Virus record (IMG/VR): IMGVR_UViG_3300049734_000160
Source: an uncultured virus (IMG/VR IMGVR_UViG_3300049734_000160)
Lineage: Duplodnaviria > Heunggongvirae > Uroviricota > Caudoviricetes
Length of the DNA stretch: 20,000 nucleotides
Direction: 5' to 3' (one strand)
A model generated the notes under the pieces. That model worked only from the letters and a program-made list of their open reading frames with translations. It was not told the DNA's origin and did not search any database. Positions 1 through 10,700 of this stretch are shown piece by piece. The stretch's first letter is position 1. Every line of letters starts with the position of its first letter. Made by a program: the position numbers and the translations under genes.

Positions 1-114
1 AATAACAACAGTTTCGCCAACGTCCAGGTCGCGACCGACGGCCAGGTACAGATCGCTACGCTGAACAACAACGTCTCTCTCAGTTTGGACCAGATCCAGT
101 ATTCGATCAGATAG
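1..114 (+). CDS. 3' end of a gene entering from the left; probable tail fibre/receptor-binding protein C-terminus (partial)
   Basis: Frame 1 is open from base 1: NNNSFANVQVATDGQVQIATLNNNVSLSLDQIQYSIR, stop TAG 112-114. The beta-rich 'V..DG.V.I......SLD.I.Y/F' ending resembles C-terminal head domains of phage tail fibres. Not in the ORF track because it is truncated. Confidence 0.5.
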   Translation, partial: NNNSFANVQVATDGQVQIATLNNNVSLSLDQIQYSIR

Positions 115-117
115 GAG
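113..117 (+). promoter_or_regulatory. Shine-Dalgarno site for the 125 ORF
   Basis: AGGAG 7 nt upstream of ATG 125, overlapping the upstream TAG stop. Confidence 0.75.
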
Positions 118-124
118 CAACGCC

Positions 125-316
125 ATGACGCTGATAGGAATGTTCATCTTCCTCATTATTCTCGGGGTCGTGCTGTGGCTACTGCGCGGCAAAATCGATC
201 CGACCGTTCACACAATCCTGATCATTCTGGTGTGTGTGTTCTTTTGCCTGTGGCTCTTGAGCATCTTTGGGCTGGTCCATCTGCCCAGTGGTCTACAACC
301 GGCGCCCGCTAAATAG
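125..316 (+). CDS. Small two-TM membrane protein (63 aa), resembling Thivi_2564-family proteins; possible holin
   Basis: Two hydrophobic helices (LIGMFIFLIILGVVLWLL and ILIILVCVFFCLWLLSIFGLV) joined by the short polar loop RGKIDPTVH; good RBS. The holin role is inferred only from size, topology and phage context. Confidence 0.75.
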   Translation: MTLIGMFIFLIILGVVLWLLRGKIDPTVHTILIILVCVFFCLWLLSIFGLVHLPSGLQPAPAK

Positions 317-318
317 CC

Positions 319-1749
319 ATGGCTGTAACCGTCAAAACCCGGGAGAGAAAACGTCCGATCTTCGTGACCAGGGCGACTGTGTCTCCGCCGCTCGCGGAAT
401 CGGTGCCAACACTCGATCCGGTGCCGATGGCGCCCGACGCGCTGCCGCCGGAACTGTTGCCGACTCGCCCGGGTACGCCGGCCGTCGATGCGTTTTACAC
501 GCATCCAGCGCCCGTCCCGGAAGTAGTAGTGCCCGATGAGCAGGCGACGCCGGAAGCAGCGAACGCGGAACTGCCCACCTACCTTGGACCAGTAGAAGCG
601 GCTGCCGCGCGCGTGCGCGCCCTCGAGAATGCCCCCTTGCCGACATACAGCCGTAAACGGGCAGCGCTGGCCGGCGGGCTATACGGTCTCAGCAAGGGGC
701 TGGCGACGGGCAACATCGGCGCGGGTATCGGCGCGGGTATCGCCGGTACCGTCGGCGGCGCCGTTCGGCCGCAACGCATTGCCTACCTGCAACGGCAAGA
801 CGAAATCGCCGAAGAGCAGGAACGGTTCAAACGCGAAGTCGGACGCGCTACAGCGATCGGCACGCTGGAGTCGCAAGCGGCGCTCGCTAAGCAGCGGCGC
901 GACAAGGCGCAGCACGACGAGCTAACCGCGGCGCGGGCGGCGAAGGACAAAAGAATTGCGCGGCTCATGCAGCAGTTGTCACCGGCCCGGCTGGATAAGT
1001 ATGACCCGACGGATAAGAGTCATGCTGCGTCACAGCAGATCCTGAAAGAAGCAACCGAGCTTGGCATCGCCGATCAACTCGTTCCTTTCACGAAGCCGGA
1101 AGGGGCGCCGCAGCATATCAAAGTGCTGGGCGTTACTTATGTCTGGAACAACAAGACCAGGGAGTACGAAAAGGCCAGAGGCATTCCGGAAGAGCCGATG
1201 GTGGAAATCGAAGGACCGCAGGGGAAGGGGTATATCGGGCTGCCGCAATGGTACCAGGGCGATCTCAATAGACAGGCGCGCGACTACAGCACCCAGCAAA
1301 CCGACCAGCGGCGCGCGGAAGATGAATACCGCAAAGAGCAGGAGAAGCGCGACCAGCAGCGGAAAGAGGCGGCCGACATTATCTCGGATTTGGAGGAAAG
1401 CCGGCAGGACTACTACGACCTTAAATTCAGGGCGGAACAGTCGGCAAAAGCGGAACAGTCGGCCTCACCAGCGGGAAAGGCGACGGCGGCAGAGGCCCGA
1501 GAGACCTGGGAATACCACCGCGACAAGGCACTCTCAAAAGCGAAAGCCCTGATGAAGAAGCTCGGCGGTTACGGTCACCTGTATGAAACCGGGCTCGGTT
1601 CTGACGGCGTGCCTTACGTGAAAGAGCGCGTCGAGGCCGGGGCTCCGCCCGCAGTTCCCGTCTATGGACCAACGCGCCAGGCGCCGGCGCCGTTGTTACC
1701 CACGCGCCAGGGGTCAAAGAGGTACGACGTTTCCCGATACTTGCAGTGA
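319..1749 (+). CDS. Putative internal virion/DNA-ejection (pilot-like) protein, 476 aa
   Basis: Long ORF starting 2 nt after the previous stop. Pro-rich N-terminus, glycine-zipper hydrophobic segment ALAGGLYGLSKGLATGNIGAGIGAGIAGTVGGAV (661-765), then charged coiled-coil stretches. Lies directly upstream of the giant lysozyme-bearing protein, a position typical of podovirus ejection proteins. Confidence 0.65.
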   Translation: MAVTVKTRERKRPIFVTRATVSPPLAESVPTLDPVPMAPDALPPELLPTRPGTPAVDAFYTHPAPVPEVVVPDEQATPEAANAELPTYLGPVEAAAARVRALENAPLPTYSRKRAALAGGLYGLSKGLATGNIGAGIGAGIAGTVGGAVRPQRIAYLQRQDEIAEEQERFKREVGRATAIGTLESQAALAKQRRDKAQHDELTAARAAKDKRIARLMQQLSPARLDKYDPTDKSHAASQQILKEATELGIADQLVPFTKPEGAPQHIKVLGVTYVWNNKTREYEKARGIPEEPMVEIEGPQGKGYIGLPQWYQGDLNRQARDYSTQQTDQRRAEDEYRKEQEKRDQQRKEAADIISDLEESRQDYYDLKFRAEQSAKAEQSASPAGKATAAEARETWEYHRDKALSKAKALMKKLGGYGHLYETGLGSDGVPYVKERVEAGAPPAVPVYGPTRQAPAPLLPTRQGSKRYDVSRYLQ

Positions 1750-1752
1750 GAA

Positions 1753-4700
1753 ATGGACCAGGCACAGAACAACAAACCCAAATCCGCGCAAATGACCTTG
1801 CGGGAGTTTATTGACGCCTACGGCGAAAAGCTGGGTGTTCCCCGCCAACTCCGCGAATCAATCTTCGAACAAGAGTCCAACTGGAACCATTACTGGCCTA
1901 ATGGTTCGGTAAAGGTCTCACCGAAAGGCGCGCGTGGCGTGGGCCAACTAATGCCGGACACGGCCCGGCGGCTGGGCGTCGCGGATATTGACGATCCGAT
2001 TCAAAACGCCGAAGGCTCGCTGCGGCTCCAGAAACAGCTTTATGAGAAATACCTGAAAGCGCAGGGTGACCCGAACGAAGCGGCGCTGCTGGCGGCGGCA
2101 GCCTATAACGCCGGCGAGGGCGCGGTGGATAAGTTCAGGGGCGTGCCGCGCTATCGGGAGACTCAGAATTACGCGACCCGACTGGCCCAACAGTTAAAGG
2201 CGAATCCGATTCAGGGTCTGCCGACCCGAGCCGTCGCGCCGCAACAGAAACCCATTGCGCCAGTTACTCCGCCCACGCCAACCCGGCCCGCTCCCGCGCC
2301 GTTTGCCCCTCCGCCCCTGCCGTCGAATGAGCCCGTCGAACTCGGTGAAGCGCCGCCGGTTCCTACCCGGCCGGCGACGCTCGCCGAATTCCAGGAGCAA
2401 GAGCCGCCGCCCTACATGGGACCGGCCTTGACGTCGCCGCCACCCCTCGGGGCGCCGGTCTTGCCCGATCCGGCGACGCTGCCCATTACACAGCAAGCGA
2501 TGGCGGCGACACCAATGTGGGTGCCGAAGGAATTCTCGCCGCGGCCACCAGTCGGGTTACCAACCCGGCGCCCGCAACGAACGCGCGCGCCTGGTACGCT
2601 CAATGTGGCAGTGCGAAACGCGCTCCGCAATCCGGAACAACTGGGCCGGGATCTCGAAGCGCACTTCGGCCCGGATGCTCTCTCCGTGATACGCAACCTG
2701 AGCCCGCAGCAGCGACGGCAGATGGTCTATATGGCCAATCGGGCCGCGGCCCAGGATGCGCGCAAGAAAGCGGAGCACTACAAGCAAACCGGACAATGGC
2801 TCGAAATACCCCGGCCACCAATTGAAGAGAATCGCAAGCGAGTCGGAGCGCCACCTTTGGGCACTACGAGCATTGCCGACCTTCGTATGCGTGACGACAC
2901 GCGCGCGGTACTGGCCGACCTGAAACGCCAGGATGATGCGCTGCTGACCGCGCCCGGCTCCATGCCGGGCCGCACGGTACCCTCGATTGAAGAATTCATG
3001 CCGGCCCCGGAGAAGCCGGTGACCTTCGAAGAAGATCGCGCCAAGCGAGTCGAAGCCACGCGACCGATCATAGGCCGGGGCGAATTCCTGCAGCGCGACG
3101 AGCCCGCGGCAGCGCGACAAGCAAAGCTCTTGAATGAAGCGCGCGATCGCGCAGCGCGAGAAGTAGCCGCCGAAGTAGCCGCCGGGCATCAGCCTACTTA
3201 TCAGAAGTTGATGAGCAATCGCGCCCAGGGCTGGGGCGAGTTCCTCGAAGGTAAGGTGGAAGAGAAAGCCAGCGGGTATGTGGCGAACTTCCGCGAACGT
3301 GAAGATCGACTGACCGCGGTGGAGCAAGGCCTGGCCGGGGAGGTCCCTTTGAAAGCGCTCAGCAAAGAGGAAGCGCGCGATCGGGCCGCCAAAGAGGTAG
3401 CCGCGGAGGTAGCGGGAGGCCATCAGCCTACTTACGAAAAATTGATGAGCACTCGTGCTCAGGGTTGGGGCGATTACCTGGAACAGAAGGTAGCGGAGAG
3501 AACCGGTCAATACGTTAGAGAGGCGCGCGCGGAGCAAAGCCAGGTCCCCCGGCTGGGTCTAATGGATAAGCTGCGCGAACTTAGTGAGAAGCCCAGCCAG
3601 GTTGTGCCGTTTTTAAGAAGCGCCTCCAACATAGTCGACCTGCTTGAACTGGGCCTGTCCGCTGAACGGGTCTCCAAGGGGGAGGGCACTGAAGAGGACG
3701 AGTTGAAGATTCGCGAGTATCAGGTGGCGGGTCAACAGGACCAGACGATGGGATACAAGATCGCCAATATCGTCTCGGCGCTGCCCGGCTTTGCCCTTGA
3801 ATTAGGGGCGACCAGTGGGGCCTTCACCTTTGGCCGCGAGGCTGCGGTTCGAGGCCTGGAAAAACTCATCACCAAAAAAGGCCTGGGAATGCTGGAACAG
3901 AAGCTGACCGGGAAGCTACTCAGCAAGAGCATTCAGAACATCGCGGGAGCGGCCGCGCAAACCATCCCTGCCGGCGCGGCCAGTATCCCCGAAGGAGTTC
4001 TATACCGCCAGCGCGAGGGAAAAGATTTTGCTACGGCCTTAGCCGAAACCCTGGGCGACCAGTTCATTGAAGTTGCCTCTGAGCGTACCGGGGGCATCTT
4101 TTCTCATATCCCCGTACCCAAACGGCTGGCGGCTATCCGTGACGCAATCACCGCCAGGTGGATCGCTAAATCACCAGGAAGAACCGCGGCCCAACTACAA
4201 AAGCTGGTTGAGAAAACCGGCTGGCATGGCCCATTAGGGGAAGTGTTCGAAGAGCGCGTGGGAGACATCGCGCGCTACACCGCGGGGCTGCAGGATTATC
4301 CAATTGCAGGCGCTGAGGGCGGTTGGCGCGGAGTCGCTGAGCAGCTTCTGACCGAAGGGCTCGCCTTCAGCGTTCCTTCAGCCGGCGCCGCTGCTGCTAC
4401 TCGCCTGGAACGCAAGGCCCCGCAAGTAGCAAAGGCTGTTCAGCGCGGCGCTTCGCGGTTGCTGGAATTAGCGGGTGGGAAACCCGCAGCGCCGACACCC
4501 GAGGCCCCTGCGGCGGAAGCTCCCGAGCCCAAGACCGAGTTTGCCGGCGGTTGGACCATGCCGGATGAGGCGGCAATCCAAGACGTCGTTAAGTTCAGCG
4601 AGCATGAGAATGTCGCGGCGCGGCAAGAGATTGATTTCACGGAACACTTCGGTGAGTACGGGTTAGAGCGCGCCGAAGTGGCGCGGCAGTATTTACCGCA

Positions 4701-7700
4701 GCTTCGTCAACGCTTCGAAAGGCTGCAGAAAATAAAGCAGGTGCTGAGCGAGGGAGAACTGAGCGAAGCGGACCGCGAGAAACTCACCGGCGCCTACAAC
4801 GATTTCGTGCAGGACTATCAGGCCGCCTACAACGAATTCCGCGAGGGCTTTGACCATCAAGCCTCCGAACGACTGCGCGCCCTGGTGGAGCGTGATGAAT
4901 TCGAGGACGTTGACCGAAGTGGCGCGGAGACACTGGAGTTTCAAGCGAAGGGCGCCAACAACGGCGCCACCGTTGACGTGCTGAAAGTTCCCGAGGGCTG
5001 GATGAGTCGGGCCAGTATCCAGCATGACATCGGCGGCTTCGGTGACGCTGGTCATAGCCGGACAAGCACGGTCTTTACGAGTCGCGAAGCAGCAATCAAG
5101 AATGCCGCGCAAAAGGTCCTCGATTATGCCCAGCGCGAACTTGAAAACCCGCCGCCCAACCTCACGCAACGAGATCGCGAAATGCTACCGCGCGCGATCA
5201 AGTGGGCCAAGAGCCACGGCGCCGAAGGTGAAATCAAGCCAGCAACGATTGACGAGATCGAGCAAACCATTCCGGAGCCGGAAGAGGCGGAAGCCAAAGA
5301 ACCGTGGGAAATGACCCGCGAAGAGTTTCGCCGTCACGTCATTGCTACCGAAGGACCCGGAGGTCAACCGCGTGACATTAGGGAATCAGAGGCCCAGGCA
5401 CGCATTCATCGTGATTACGTGGAGACTGCGATTCGTGAAGGCAAAACTGTGCCTCCCGAAGTGCTCGCGGAGTATCCCGACTTAGCACCTAAGCCCGAAA
5501 AGGAAGAAGCGGACAAAGAAGAAGAGCCGCCACCACCGCCGACCGCGGCAAAGCGAGTGCGCTTCCGCACGCCGAAAGGCGACATCGAGGGTACGGTCAT
5601 TAAGGAGTTCACGACTAAAGAGGGCGTGCCTACTTATCAGGTGCAGGTCGAAGGCCGCGATAAGCCTTACACCGTCGCGCAGAAGAACACTACGGTCCTC
5701 GGTGGTCCAACCGAAGCAGCGCCACCGGAGGCGAAGCCGCCGAAAGTTACGCCGCCGCCAAAACCAAAACCGCCGCAGGGAGAAATGGGGCCAGGTGAGC
5801 GCCGGGCCTACAAAGGCTACCTCATTACGGCGGGAAGAACCCGCGGCGAATACCATGTAAGTAAAGACAATACGCACATCACAACGCAACCCACGTTAGC
5901 CGGGGCCAAGGCGGCGATCGACAGTCTTGTACCAGCGGCCCCGCCGCCACCTAAGCCGCCTGAGACCAGGCCGCCGGCGCCACCGCCCGAAGCGAAACCG
6001 CCGAGTGCGCCGCCGCCGCCGGCAGGAACGAAGCCGCCGCCAAAGCTCTCGCCGGAAACGCTGGAGAGGATTCGAAAGGCGAAAGAGAAGCTGCAACAAA
6101 AAGGTGGACCAGCGCCAACAGGCGGCGCTATGGGAATGCCCGAAGCTCCCGGCGAAGGCGAAGGCGGGTTCGACGAAGAGGACGTGCTGGACGTCGCGAT
6201 GGTGGGCCACGAGCTATTTCAAAATGGCATTCGTGACCAGGCCGAGTGGGGCCAGATGCTACGCGACTTGATTGACCCGGCAATTGAGCCCTACCTCGCG
6301 GACATTTGGGAAACCGCGGTACTTCATCACTTCAATGAAGGCGGTGACACGAGCGACCTGCCGGAAGAGTGGAATCCGCAGGAAGCTGCGCCACCGCAGG
6401 CGCCCGAAGAAAAAGAGCCGGAAGAGGAAGAGGCGGAAGAGCCGGAAACGCCCGAGCATGAGGACCTGGTACCCGGGACTACCAAACTGCGAAACCGGAT
6501 TTATGACTTCCTGCACAACGAACAGGGACCATTGGGTTATCGCCAACTCGACGCGATGGCTGATGAGGCGTTCGGCGGTTCGCGCGCTGAGGGTCGCTAT
6601 GAACCGCGCGATATGTATGACGCGCTGGAGGCGGCGCTGGCTAAGCACATCGGCGCAATGGATCTCAGCAACGTCGACCCTCGCGAAGCGCTGGCGCAGA
6701 TGCGTCGGCTGGTCCAACGTCTACCAACTCAGACCACGCGCACCGCGGAACAGATCGGCCTGCAACAATTCTCGACGCCGCCGACCATTGGCTACATCGC
6801 CGCCGTTGCGCTCCAGGCCCGACCGCAAGACGTAGGTGTAGAGCCTTCGGCTGGGACCGGCATCCTCGCCGCTCTGATGAGGGCGGTGGGTACCGGCCAG
6901 GTGCATGTAAACGAAATCTCCCCGCGCCGCTCAGGGCTCTTGCACGGGCAAGGTTATGACAGTCAGCACCGAGTTGACGCGCAGCACCTGAACGCGCTCT
7001 TGCCGCAGACAATCAGACCGACCATCGTACTGATGAATCCGCCTTTCTCGACGCAGATGGGCATTGACAAGACGAGCACTAAAAACGGCTTCGACCATAT
7101 CGAGCAAGCGCTGGCGCGACTCGAGCCGGGCGGTCGGCTGGTAGCCGTCCTCGGGCAATCAGCCCGCTTCGACCGATCGACCATGCACGACTATTGGGAT
7201 CGGTTGATGAAGAAGTATAATGTTCGCGCTAACATCGGCATTCCCGGTGACGAGTACCGCAAGTTCGGCACTACGTTCGGTACGCAGTTAATTGTTATTG
7301 ACAAGGTCGGTCCCACGCCCGGCGCAACATTCGCCGAGCGCATGAATAACGTGGTCCAAGTGGACCCGGCCGATTTGGAAGGGGTCCTAGATGCCGTCCA
7401 GCAACTCCCGCTTCGCGAACAAACAGCGCCGCCTTTGGGAGGCGGTCGTGGACCAGGTGAGTCTCCATCCGGCGGAGGACCTGGGGGCCAAAGTGAAGCT
7501 GGTGGAGAACGGCCTCCTGCAGGGGGAGGACCTCCCGGCGGCACTGGCACTACTGAACCCGGACTGGAGCCTGGAGAGACTCCGCCGACTGGTCCCGAAG
7601 AGGTTGCTGGCGAAGGTGGCGAGGCTGGAGGAACTGAACCCGGAGGAACTGAACCGGCTGGCCCAGGCGGCGCTGCACCTGGTGGGCTTGGCGGACCCGG

Positions 7701-10700
7701 CGAACCAACTGCGCCTACGGCCGAAGAACTCGGGGTCGAATACCAAACCGAAGCCAGCAAGCGAGAAGCCGAATCCGATCTCTTTGTCGACTACAAACCT
7801 GCCAAGCTAACGGGCGGCCAACCGCACCCGGGCCGCATTGTTGAATCCGCCTCACTCGCCGCCGTCGATCCACCGGACATAACTTACGTTCCCGATCTCG
7901 ATCCGGAAATCATCAGCAAGGGCATTATTTCCGGGCTGCAACTGGAACGGATTACCTACGCCGGCCAGCGCCACAATCAGCGCCTGCCGAACGGGCAGCG
8001 GTCTGCCTATTACGTGGGTGACGGCACCGGCGTGGGAAAAACCCGCATTCTCGCGGGCATTTCGCTCGACAACTGGAACCAGCTAACGAAAGCTGGAAAG
8101 CCCCGCCGCATTGCCTGGTTCACAGTCAACGACGGTCTGGTCGGAAGCGTTGAAGATGCCATGAAGGCGCTTCTGCAGCTTCCTCAGAAAGCCGACCTCT
8201 CGGAGCATTTCCCTTTCCACTTGCTGGGTGACTATGACCTCGGCGACGACCTCGGTGAACTCGCTGGTGACGGGATGATGTTTGTCACCTACAACACTTT
8301 CATCCAGGAAGGCAGCAAGGTTGGCGAGTCGCGCTACAAAGACGTGCTGGATTGGCTCGGCGAGGACGGAGTCATAATTCTCGACGAAGCGCACAAAGCG
8401 AAAAACGCCGAGGCCGCCCAGGGCGCAGGGTCGCAGACGGGCGAAAAGGTAGTGCGGATACAGGAAGAGGGGAGTCCGGATCTCAAGGTCGTTTACGCCT
8501 CAGCCACGGGCGCCACCGAAATACAAAACATGGCCTACATGCAACGGCTCGGCTTGTGGGGGCAGGGTTTGAGTTTTCCGGATTTCGAGGCCTTCAAAGG
8601 AGCCATTAGAGGCGACGACCTGGGAGCCATGGAAATGATTACCCGGGATATGAAGGCCCTCGGTATGTATGGCGCCGCGCAACTGTCATACAAGGGCGTC
8701 ACCTATCGCAGCCTCAAACATCAGCTAGACGAAGATCAGGAGTACGTCTACAACGTGGCGGCCCGCGCCTGGCAGCAAGTGATTGACGCTTTTGAAACTG
8801 CGCTCAATGACCAGCGAGCGCCCGGGCAGCGCCGGGGACGCATCCGCTCGCAGTTCTACTCAACCGAACAGCGTTTCTTTCGCCTGCTCCTTACCGCAAT
8901 GAAAACGCCGACGCTTCTGGCGGACATCGAAAAAGTTCTGGCCGATCCGGTCCAAGACAGGTTTGACCCTGAAAGCGGCAAGGTTGTCAAAGGCCATGGC
9001 GGAGTTGAGTACACCGAAGTAGCAGATTCGAATTCCAGTCTGTTGTTACCGCCACGGCAGGCGAGCGGTGACCCGGAAGAAGTGCGCGCCCGCATGAATA
9101 TGCAGCGCCAGGTGCTGGCGGCGGGCGGTAAGCAGCCTGAACTCACCGTACCGAACATCGGCAAAACGAGACGGATGCCGGCCCAGGTCGTGATTAGCTT
9201 CCTCTACACCGGTGAATCACAAGCGGACCGCGAGGTAACGCAGGCCAAAGCGCGCGGGATCAGTTTGGAGGAACTCGACTTTTCGCCGAAGAGAATGCTG
9301 ATCAGTCTCGTCGATCAATACTTCCCGACTGAGCGCTATCGCGATGTGCCCATTCCTGGCACCAATAGAACCCGTCGCGAGGTTGTTGTTGACGAGGACG
9401 GAAACCCGGTCCACGACCCTGAACTCGTGGCGCGCAAGCAGGCAATGATTGCGGAACTGGACGACACGTTGAAGCTGCCGGAAAACCCGATGGACCAGAT
9501 AGTCAACTATTTTGGACCAGAGAACGTGGCAGAAATTACGGGCCGGTCCAAACGCCTGATTCGCGACCCGGTCACCGGAAAGGAAGAATACGTTTTGCGC
9601 ACCGGCAGCGAACGCGAAGGTCGCGGCAGGGTTTCCAAGAAACGTGCCAACCTGCACGAGCGGGAGGATTTTCAGAACGGCGATAAGCGAATCGCGATGA
9701 TTAGCAAGGCCGCGCAGGTGGGCATTGATCTGCATGCTGACAGTCTCAAGCCTTCGGCCCACCACCGGCGCGTTCATTACATTTTTGAGAGTGCCTGGTC
9801 CGCTGACGACCAGCTACAAAATAACGGCCGGACGCATCGCACTAACCAGAATTCCGAACCGGACTACGTGCTCGTTGAGAGTAACGTCGGTGGGGAGGGG
9901 CGCTTTTTTGCCAGTGTTGCCCGGCGCATGGCGAACGTGGGGGCCTTGTCACAGGGCGAGCGCAAGGCCACCGGCAGCACCTTCGATGATTACGATTTCG
10001 AAAACCAATACGGGCAGACCGCCGCTCGCACCATCCTGCAACACGTTCAGAACCGCCGGGCTCCGCCTGAGTTTATCGACGCGCCCGAGGATTGGGACGC
10101 GATGGACGTGCTGCGCAAGATGGGGCTCACTGACAATGATCCGGACGACGTAAGCCAGCCGCTCAGAGTCAAGCCGGGCGAGATAACCAGCATCGGCGTC
10201 ACCCGGTTTTTGAATCGTGTCTTGGCTCTTGAATTACACGATCAGAATCCCATGTTTCGCTGGTTTATCGGCGAAATGGAAAGGATCATCGAGGCCGCCA
10301 AGAGCAGTGGCACCTTCGATGCCGGTATCAGCGATATCAAAGGTTTGTCTGTTCGCAAGGCCCAACAAGACGTTGTCCACCGCGATCAAGTCACGGGCGC
10401 CGCCTCGCACTACGTCAAGCTAGAAGTCGATGAGCCTACCGTGCCGGTTTCCGTTGACGACGTAAAAGGAACGCAGCAACTGGCCGGGGGCTTTCGGGGC
10501 CGCACCGGCCTCAGCAACACGCTTTGGCGGCAAAAGGTTTCCGGCAACATCATCTTCGTGCAAGAGGCGAGCGCGCGCACGGATCCAGCTACCGGAGCTA
10601 CTCACTATTTCTTTTTCCAGACCAGGCCCAGCGGACGGCTTGACAGTCTCATTAGCGAGCAGGACCTGCGCGAGAAGTATGAACAGGTCCAATGGGCCGA

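Noticed and set aside
457..650. Sortase LPxTG signals (LPTR/LPTY)
   Set aside because: The motifs do not match LPxTG and lack the following TM helix and basic tail at a C-terminus.
3136..3498. CRISPR-like or DGR template/variable repeat pair
   Set aside because: Only two in-frame coding copies, differing mainly at synonymous positions rather than specifically at adenines; no reverse transcriptase or cas gene in the window.
2557..3537. 326-aa minus-strand ORF, and the many other antisense ORFs in the track
   Set aside because: They lie antisense to well-supported genes in GC-rich DNA and show no recognisable motifs; they are best explained as shadow ORFs.
6272..6835. Other same-strand alternative-frame ORFs (6272-6835, 1061-1552, 5927-6271, 9725-10153, 11594-11941) as overprinted genes
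   Set aside because: They have the Arg/Ser/Pro-rich composition typical of off-frame reads. I saw no main-frame codon anomaly like that at 7441-7680, though I counted codons only for 5941-6060.
7420..7720. Collagen-like repeat
   Set aside because: Gly-rich but without sustained Gly-X-Y periodicity.
8947..9180. Intein in the helicase (or in TerL)
   Set aside because: No N-terminal Cys/Ser block, no His-Asn followed by Cys/Ser/Thr, and no LAGLIDADG motifs.
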